A stretch of 46,931 nucleotides of DNA from Promethearchaeota archaeon (GTDB lineage: Archaea; Asgardarchaeota; Lokiarchaeia; Sigyniarchaeales; SOKP01). The stretch is taken from NCBI GenBank assembly GCA_019894975.1, contig JAGXNO010000029.1, forward strand, positions 1 through 46,931, given 5' to 3'. The position numbers and the translations under genes are program-made. Positions 40,169-46,931 of this stretch are shown in pieces. How positions within the stretch are numbered: the stretch's first letter is position 1; each line of letters opens with the position of its first letter. The notes beneath the pieces were generated by a model. The model searched no databases and was not told the origin of the DNA. It worked only from the letters and a program-made list of their open reading frames with translations.

Positions 40169-41755
40169 TTAAAGGTATTTAATTGTATTTAACATAACTT
40201 TAAGTTGATCATATATTTCTAGCCTATATTCGACACCTATTTTGAAGAATAATAGTGATATCATCTTTTGTTCTAATAATTCGTTTACATCGAATTCTTC
40301 CATTATTCGGGACCAATTACTTTTTTCAGTAACCCTAATCCCAATTAAAACTACCTTATTCTCATCTATATCGTTTATAATTTTAGTAACAACATCTCTC
40401 CATTCTGGATCTATATGGTCTTCATAACGGGCGTCAAATATACAAAAAACACCATCAGATTTTGAGACATCAAAATTTGTGTAGAGATAATTCCGGATCA
40501 TAACCCCATTTGAGAATTTGTATTTTTTTTCATCGTAATCATCTTTTATCTTTTCAAGCTTATACTCACTATTAATATCTGAAAGTATTTGTAAACCCGG
40601 GCTCCAGAATTCATTTTCGGATATAACACTCAATGTTAACAGGTTTTCTAAATTTACTCCCTGTTTCTTTCTTTTCTCTAAAATTAAATTCAGTTCTTCT
40701 AATAAATCAAGTTTAACCCTTTCCTCTTCCTCTTTTCTGCTATGAGATATATAGTGATACGCGATTAAGGTGAAAGCATCTTCAACGTTCGCTCCTGTTA
40801 GAGCGCTTGTTTCAATGTATGACACGTTAATGTTTGATAATTCAGATAATTCGTTAGCTAAATTAACTCCATCTTGATATGATACTTCTCTTTCAATAGT
40901 TAAGTCCGATTTATTTCCCACTATTATCATCGGGATTTCTCTCCCTTGAATGAATTTTTCTAATTCATCATACCACACTTTAACATCTTCATATGTCTTT
41001 TTATTCCTAAGATCGAATACAATGAACGCAGCTTGTGCCCCCAAATAATAGGTCTGGCGGAATCTTGCGAAGAAACTCTGAGCACCCACGTCCCATAGAC
41101 TATAAACTATTTTATTTCCATAGAATTCTATGTTATGGCTTAATATATTCAATCCAATCGTAGCCCGATAATCAGTAGAGAATTTATTTTCCACGAATCT
41201 TCTTACTAATGATGTCTTTCCTACTTCATGATCACCTATTATAATAAACTTGAATCGATATGTGCCACCCTGATCTAACCTCATTTGATAAATTTGATTC
41301 CTAACTCTTTCTTCTGTAGCAGAAGCATCAGTTTCATATTCAAAATGAGGAATTGTCATTTGGATATTATCACCTTCCTCAGCATTGAGTATCTGAACTG
41401 CTTTTTCAGCAAGAAGGTATGCATATGGAGAGGCTTTATCAACTGAAGCCATATTATTCAGTACAACACTCAGGGTTCTTCGCTCATCTAAAGATATAAA
41501 TAATAGTCTGTGAAATTCTGTATCAAAACTAGCGGTACCAAACTCTCTGAAAGCAAATTCATCACGAATCCTTTCCAATATGGGATTGATAATCGATGTC
41601 AAAACTGATACAATTTCTAAATTAATATTTTGTCTTTTTTCACTGGCTATAACTAAACCTTGGTGATCACTTACTATTACGGCTTCTACATCTTTATTAA
41701 TTTCTAAGAAAATACTAAATAATTCTACAAAAAGTTCATTTCTATTTACAGACAA
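40169..41755 (-). CDS. Roadblock domain + Rab-like GTPase + degenerate C-terminal G-domain-like region (paralogue)
   Basis: VEAVIVSDHQGLVIA; GDHEVGKTS, DYRATIG, WDVGAQ, GNKSD, ETSA; C-terminal SDGVFCIFD...VVLIGIR. Confidence 0.85.
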   Translation of the reverse strand: MSVNRNELFVELFSIFLEINKDVEAVIVSDHQGLVIASEKRQNINLEIVSVLTSIINPILERIRDEFAFREFGTASFDTEFHRLLFISLDERRTLSVVLNNMASVDKASPYAYLLAEKAVQILNAEEGDNIQMTIPHFEYETDASATEERVRNQIYQMRLDQGGTYRFKFIIIGDHEVGKTSLVRRFVENKFSTDYRATIGLNILSHNIEFYGNKIVYSLWDVGAQSFFARFRQTYYLGAQAAFIVFDLRNKKTYEDVKVWYDELEKFIQGREIPMIIVGNKSDLTIEREVSYQDGVNLANELSELSNINVSYIETSALTGANVEDAFTLIAYHYISHSRKEEEERVKLDLLEELNLILEKRKKQGVNLENLLTLSVISENEFWSPGLQILSDINSEYKLEKIKDDYDEKKYKFSNGVMIRNYLYTNFDVSKSDGVFCIFDARYEDHIDPEWRDVVTKIINDIDENKVVLIGIRVTEKSNWSRIMEEFDVNELLEQKMISLLFFKIGVEYRLEIYDQLKVMLNTIKYL

Positions 41756-41949
41756 GAATTATCCAACCAATAACCATTTTTTATGGTGAAAACTATATTC
41801 TTAACAATATAGTAACATAAGGACTATATAATTTTTTATCATACGAATACCAAATAGATATTATTAAAAGTCTCTAGTCTATAATTTTAATATAAAAATT
41901 TTATTGGATATAAGGGATAAGTAATTAAAAGGCTTACAACAAAGCTATC

Positions 41950-42531
41950 ATGCCTTCCTGCATAGTGTGCCACTTAGAAGTAGAGGAAACGAGTCATTCT
42001 TATTTTGAATGTGATAATGGACATCCGATTCATTTTCACTGCCTAGCAGATTGGTTACTACAATCTAAAAACTGTCCTTTATGTAGTGATCCTTATCCAG
42101 AAAAGGTATTAGTGAAGTTCAAAGATTTTATTGAGAAAAAAGAAAAAGAAAAACAAGAATCAATAGATCAAGGATTACAAGAAGAAACGAAGAAAAAAAT
42201 GGCTGAAGTTGCAGATAAAATCGTCTTTTTAAAATATATTGAAACCGTTGAATATTTAATTGAAGATAAGAAATATAATGACGCTATAGATTTACTCATG
42301 GATTCGTATAATGAAAGATCTACTGATGAGAAAAACCTGAAAGTTCTTTTCCTACTGGGGATGGCTAATTATTTACGAGGACGCTATGATTTAGCAATCA
42401 ATTTCCTGTTTAAATTAGTGAAATTAAAGTTTGATTATCCTGATGGATTTCTGTTTCTTGGGAAGTCCTATGAAGCGTTAGGAATGAAAGAAAAAGCAGA
42501 GTGGGCTTATCAAAGAATAAAAAAAAAGTAA
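41950..42531 (+). CDS. RING-H2 finger + TPR protein (putative E3 ligase)
   Basis: CIVC-x13-C-x3-HPIHFHC...WL...CPLC, a charged helical linker, then TPR-like repeats LFLLGMANYLRGRYDLAI and FLFLGKSYEALG..EKA. Confidence 0.85.
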   Translation: MPSCIVCHLEVEETSHSYFECDNGHPIHFHCLADWLLQSKNCPLCSDPYPEKVLVKFKDFIEKKEKEKQESIDQGLQEETKKKMAEVADKIVFLKYIETVEYLIEDKKYNDAIDLLMDSYNERSTDEKNLKVLFLLGMANYLRGRYDLAINFLFKLVKLKFDYPDGFLFLGKSYEALGMKEKAEWAYQRIKKK

Positions 42532-42532
42532 T

Positions 42533-43366
42533 TTACTCTTCTTTAATTGTTATTAAATCAAGGTTTACTGCAACCGTAAAATCTTGAGAATGATTCGTTG
42601 GACCATATCCTTTTCCAAGATTCATATTTTCTGCCTTTAGAATTGCTGCTGTTATGTAAGCTTTAGCAACATGAACGGCTTTTTTTATTCCATGACCTTT
42701 TGCCAATTCTGCTGCGATTGCTGAGGCAAACGTACAACCCGTCCCGTGTGTATTCTTAGAATTGATACGAGGTGTATAATACTCTGTAAATTTTTTTCCA
42801 TCATAAAGTAAATCTATAGCATATTCTTTGTCTGGAAGATGTCCACCTTTAATAACTACGTTTTGTGCTCCTAAAGAATGGATTTTTTTCGCTGCTTCAC
42901 GAGCGTCTATCAAATTTTTTATCTCTATATCTGTAATTACTTGAGCCTCATAATGGTTTGGTGTTATCACATGCGCCAATGGGATTAATTCTGACATAAG
43001 TGCGATTTTTGCTTCAGGCTTTAATAAATGATCCCCACCTTTTGCGACCATTACTGGATCTATAATCAAAAACTCTACATTATATTTACGAGCACGACTA
43101 GCTACAATTTTAATGATTTCAGCATTAACAAGCATACCGGTTTTCCACGCATCTGCACCTATATCGGTCATAACAGAATCAATTTGTTTCCCTACAAAAT
43201 TAGGATCTATTTCATATATACCTTGAACCCCAATTGTATTTTGGGCAGTTAGTGCTGTAATCGCACTCATTCCATAAACACCTAATGCAGAAAATGTTTT
43301 TAAATCTGCTTGGATCCCCGCACCGCCACCTGAATCAGATCCAGCAATAGTTAATACTTTTTTCAT
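42533..43366 (-). CDS. thiD: Hydroxymethylpyrimidine/phosphomethylpyrimidine kinase
   Basis: [40 protein letters not shown]. Confidence 0.95.
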   Translation of the reverse strand: MKKVLTIAGSDSGGGAGIQADLKTFSALGVYGMSAITALTAQNTIGVQGIYEIDPNFVGKQIDSVMTDIGADAWKTGMLVNAEIIKIVASRARKYNVEFLIIDPVMVAKGGDHLLKPEAKIALMSELIPLAHVITPNHYEAQVITDIEIKNLIDAREAAKKIHSLGAQNVVIKGGHLPDKEYAIDLLYDGKKFTEYYTPRINSKNTHGTGCTFASAIAAELAKGHGIKKAVHVAKAYITAAILKAENMNLGKGYGPTNHSQDFTVAVNLDLITIKEE

Positions 43367-43452
43367 TTTCCTTAGTAAATTATACCTTAATTTTATAAAA
43401 AATTTCTTATAGTTTTATAGAAACAGGAGGGATTAGAGTTCTGACTTTCAAC

Positions 43453-44772
43453 CTATAAAGTAGAATTCTTCTTACTTTCTAGAGTATCTTTTAATAGTTT
43501 TATCGCACAAAATTCCCCACACATACTACATACTTCCTCATCATCTTCAGCACAACCATTTCGGTAATGAATCTCTCTAGCAAGTTCTGGATCTATAGCT
43601 TGTTCAATCATACCTTCCCAGTTGAGTTCTTTTCTGGCAATATCCATTTTATAATCCCAATCTGAAACTCGTTTACCATAGCGTGCGATATTAACAGCAT
43701 GAGCAGCTATTTTTGACGAGATAACACCTCTTTTGACATCATCCTTAGTAGGTAATCCTAAGTGTTCAGCAGGAGTCACATAGCATAAATAATCAGCCCC
43801 AGCTAAACCAGCAAGTACTCCCCCAATCGCACCAACTATATCATCATAACCGGGGGCGATATCAGTGACAAGAGGACCTAATACATAAAATGGCGCTTCA
43901 TTACATAATGATTTCTGCATTTTAATGTTGTGTTCAACCTCGTTTGCAGGAATGTGACCTGGTCCTTCAACCATGACTTGGACATCTGCAGCCCAAGCAC
44001 GCTTTACCAATTTAGAAATTTCTAACAGTTCTTGAACCTGAGCAAAGTCAGTAGAATCAAAGATACTCCCTGGGCGCATACCATCTCCTAAAGAAAGCGT
44101 AAAATCATATTCTTTTGCCATCTCAAGTAGATAATCATATCTTCTATTATAAGGATTTTCCATATTATTCTCTATGATCCATGATGCCAAGAATGTTCCT
44201 CCCCTAGAAACAACCCCCATTAACCTAGGGTGTTTGATCAAATAGTTTACAATTTCTTGTGTTACACCAACGTGAATAGTGAAGAAATCGACACCTTCCT
44301 TTGCTTGTTCTTCCACAACATTGAACATGTCATCCTCATCCATATGGATGATAGCACCCTTATTCTCAAGAGCTCTTAGTGCTGTTTGATAGATAGGGAC
44401 TGTACCTAATGGGACTTTAGCTTCATCACTGATTCTTTTCCTAATCGTAATTAGATCGGCTTCGGTAATACCAGTGCTTAAATCCATAACGGTATCCGCC
44501 CCAAATTGAACAGCTATTTTAGCCTTTTCTACTTCTTCATCGATATTGCAATGAGTTTTTGAAGACCCAACATTCGCATTTATTTTGACTAATAATCCTT
44601 TACCAATTCCAATAGGTAAACCAAGATCTCGTCGATTTGATCTAGGAATTATAATTCTGCCACTTTCAATACCGCGTCTTATGAATTCGACATCTACTTG
44701 TTCAATTCTTGCCACAGTCTCCATATCCTTTGTAGTGTGCCCGTTCCTCGCTGTTCTCATCAATGTTGACAA
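43453..44772 (-). CDS. thiC: Phosphomethylpyrimidine synthase
   Basis: KINANVG, MDLST, GTVPIYQ, SRGG, EGPGH, YVTPAEH, CSMCGEFC. Confidence 0.97.
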   Translation of the reverse strand: MSTLMRTARNGHTTKDMETVARIEQVDVEFIRRGIESGRIIIPRSNRRDLGLPIGIGKGLLVKINANVGSSKTHCNIDEEVEKAKIAVQFGADTVMDLSTGITEADLITIRKRISDEAKVPLGTVPIYQTALRALENKGAIIHMDEDDMFNVVEEQAKEGVDFFTIHVGVTQEIVNYLIKHPRLMGVVSRGGTFLASWIIENNMENPYNRRYDYLLEMAKEYDFTLSLGDGMRPGSIFDSTDFAQVQELLEISKLVKRAWAADVQVMVEGPGHIPANEVEHNIKMQKSLCNEAPFYVLGPLVTDIAPGYDDIVGAIGGVLAGLAGADYLCYVTPAEHLGLPTKDDVKRGVISSKIAAHAVNIARYGKRVSDWDYKMDIARKELNWEGMIEQAIDPELAREIHYRNGCAEDDEEVCSMCGEFCAIKLLKDTLESKKNSTL

Positions 44773-44933
44773 CTTTCTAAACCTTCATATCACAGTTTTA
44801 ATTTAATTTGGGAAGTAATTCCACTAAGAAAAAATAGTTTTGTCCAAATTATATTCTTTTGTCTTTTTAATTAAAAATAAAATGTAAAACTAAATTGAAT
44901 AAAAAAAAGAAAGTTTTTTTTTTGAGAATAGGA

Positions 44934-45263
44934 CTAAGGAAGTTTTAATCCAACCAATTCTAAAGCATCTTGTACTTCAGCCCATATTCCCATACTATAT
45001 TCAAGTCCTTCAATTTCAAGAAACATTGCCATCATATTACCGATGAATCTCCAGGCTTCCTCAAGTTCTCCCTCCTTTACTTGAGTAATACTAAAAACAT
45101 CTATTCCCTCAGTGGTACTCCTAACAGCCGCTTGAATAATAACTTTTCCCGGAGTTTTATTGGGGGGAAACTGTTGGATTGCTTTAAGATATTGCTTTCC
45201 TACTCTTTCCCCAACATGACTTGGGTATTTTACAAAAGTAACAATATACGCTATAATATCCAC
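44934..45263 (-). CDS. Small alpha/beta hypothetical protein
   Basis: Protein-like composition (YP...GK.YL...FPP, IEGLEY, ALELVG); start codon uncertain. Confidence 0.7.
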   Translation of the reverse strand: MDIIAYIVTFVKYPSHVGERVGKQYLKAIQQFPPNKTPGKVIIQAAVRSTTEGIDVFSITQVKEGELEEAWRFIGNMMAMFLEIEGLEYSMGIWAEVQDALELVGLKLP

Positions 45264-45439
45264 CTTTAAGTAAAGTTTAATTTAGTTAAAATTAGATTTC
45301 GAAGTAAGTCATTATATTATTTGTGTTAATATAAATGTTTACTTTTTTTGCCAATAGTGTAAAAGATTTTAATAATTAAAATTAGGAGGAGCTAATTTTA
45401 TTTTGAAATTCTCTAAAAGTACATACATTGTCTAATGCT

Positions 45440-45838
45440 TTAGCGGCAAGTTCGACTGACTCGAATACCATATTTTTTAACAACTTCTAAAACCTCTAGT
45501 TCTAAATGACGATTACCAACTTCAGAGAATCCTGAAGCAAAAATCGTAGCAAACGAAACTCCTTTCTTACCACACTCTTCGAGAATCTTTGGACAAAGCT
45601 TTGCAGGGACTGCGACAATTACGTAATCAATAGGCTGATCATCAGGAATATCTAAAACAGACCCATACACAGGAAGATCAGCAATGGTTTGCCCTTTTAA
45701 TCGAGGATTAAATAAGTAGACTGGTTTGTCAAACCCACTATATTTAAAACAACTAACCCAATATCCACCTGCGCGTTTTTCATTAACGCCAATAATTCCA
45801 ATAGCTCTTGGATTGAATAATTTCTCGAAATCGGTCAT
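45440..45838 (-). pseudogene. Truncated acyl-CoA ligase (ADP-forming) alpha subunit, CoA-binding domain only
   Basis: FNPRAIGIIG...FASGFSEVG...YGIRV then SRTCR* exactly where GPNC is expected. Confidence 0.7.
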
Positions 45839-45931
45839 ATTATAAATTTTAGGATTTGTTTAGGGATTTAATACAAGATCAAATTACACTATTATTATTT
45901 TTCTACTTGAAATAAATTGTAATATTATAAT

Positions 45932-46402
45932 TTATTCAAAACCCATTTTTAATTGTTTCAAAAGTTTAATCAATGAAACAGTTAATTGAAAGTTATTAAG
46001 TTGATTGAATGGAACAAATTTAGCATCAAGAGTGTCATCTTGAGCAACAGGGGGAGCATTGGTTCTTCCGTCGATTTGTTCTACAAAATAATTAAGTAAT
46101 ACATAGTGGTATTCAATTTTGCCCTTCTCATCATACATAATTTTATCTATAATTCCCGCTAATTTTATTACTTTCACTTTAAAACCCGTTTCTTCAAAAG
46201 CTTCTCTCTCTGCTGCGGTTTCCACTTCTTCCCCTAAATCCAAATGACCTCCAGGAATTGACCAGTATCCTGCATCAGGATTATATTTTCTTTTCACTAA
46301 AAGTAAAGTCTTATCCCTAACAAGAAGAACACCTACACCTACATGCGGACGAATAGGATATTTTCTTGTATCAAAAGCAGTTAGTTGTTCTCTATCAACC
46401 AT
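45932..46402 (-). CDS. NUDIX hydrolase
   Basis: Nudix box GGHLDLGEEVETAAEREAFEETG. Confidence 0.93.
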   Translation of the reverse strand: MVDREQLTAFDTRKYPIRPHVGVGVLLVRDKTLLLVKRKYNPDAGYWSIPGGHLDLGEEVETAAEREAFEETGFKVKVIKLAGIIDKIMYDEKGKIEYHYVLLNYFVEQIDGRTNAPPVAQDDTLDAKFVPFNQLNNFQLTVSLIKLLKQLKMGFE

Positions 46403-46479
46403 AAATTTACATTTAATTACATATTTTAAGTATTAATAGCATTTACTAGTTATAAAGATTAATTATATACTGTTATATT

Positions 46480-46931
46480 ATGGTTCGCCCTTGGTATTGG
46501 CCAAAGAATGGTATGCCGGAAAGAACGGAACCATTTACATGGATTATTAAGGGAAAAATGGCAATTTCATGGTGGCCTGATCACAATGTAGTTGAAAGAT
46601 ACAGCACTGAAGACATAAAAGTTATAATAAATTGTTCTGAATTTGACAACCGGGAAGATATACCTAAGAAGTTTAAGTATTGCCATATAAGCATCCCCGA
46701 TTATGGCACTCCGACTGAGGACCAACTATCAAGATTTTTTAAGATTACAAGTGAAGCTGGTTCTAATAATCATCCAATTGTAGTGCATTGTGTGGCAGGG
46801 TGTGGAAGGTCTGGTATTATGGTCCTAGCGTGGGCAGCATTTAATGATTATATTCCTAGTGGGATAGATCCAGTAAAATGGATCTGTAAATTAAGATCAT
46901 GCTGTTTAGAAACAAAGGAACAAATGGAGTT
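46480..46931 (+). CDS. Dual-specificity/protein-tyrosine phosphatase (runs off the window edge)
   Basis: Manual translation: ...HISIPDYGTPT...VVHCVAGCGRSG...LRSCCLETKEQME, containing the HCx5R signature; start 46480 or 46513; not in the ORF track. Confidence 0.92.
   Translation, partial: MVRPWYWPKNGMPERTEPFTWIIKGKMAISWWPDHNVVERYSTEDIKVIINCSEFDNREDIPKKFKYCHISIPDYGTPTEDQLSRFFKITSEAGSNNHPIVVHCVAGCGRSGIMVLAWAAFNDYIPSGIDPVKWICKLRSCCLETKEQME

Noticed and set aside
44773-44933. Possible TPP riboswitch upstream of thiC
   Set aside because: The region is very AT-rich, with no CUGAGA core or stable stems visible
743-45269. Numerous short antisense or out-of-frame ORFs in the track (e.g. 871-1059, 7397-7705, 16405-16920, 18088-18504, 26478-26909)
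   Set aside because: They lie inside well-supported genes, have S/F/I-rich shadow composition and no motifs

Overview
AT-rich, gene-dense archaeal chromosome segment that looks like an Asgard archaeon, most likely Lokiarchaeia. The basis is an archaeal histone, an Lsm protein, two AOR genes, an intron-containing tRNA, and many roadblock, longin, small-GTPase and RING proteins. About 45 CDS were identified. Metabolic genes include katG (partial), acetoacetate-CoA ligase, an AbgB-like peptidase, ADP-forming acyl-CoA ligase, Fe-ADH plus AOR, a second AOR with two MoaD-like proteins, lpdA, glycerate kinase, leuB and thiC/thiD. There is also a 7-PAS histidine kinase and an acetyltransferase array near the histone gene. 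Two eukaryote-like loci are the most interesting. (1) 12800-17189 encodes a longin-like protein, a BBS2/ITFG2-like beta-propeller with tandem winged helices, and a cytoplasmic protein with a recognisable mu-homology (AP mu/delta-COP/muniscin-like) domain, which together form a candidate proto-adaptor/coat module. (2) 38524-42531 encodes tandem roadblock-Rab-like GTPase-pseudoGTPase paralogues with an altered G3 motif, divergent from a RING-H2-TPR protein. Several features are missing from the ORF track: a tRNA-Arg(CCT) with a non-canonical 45/46 intron, an in-frame TAA splitting a longin-Arf-like GTPase, a probable CTG start, a small Zn-finger gene, a 32-codon amidohydrolase remnant and a dual-specificity phosphatase. 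No CRISPR array, rRNA or mobile element was seen. All homology calls come from reading motifs by eye, not from database searches.
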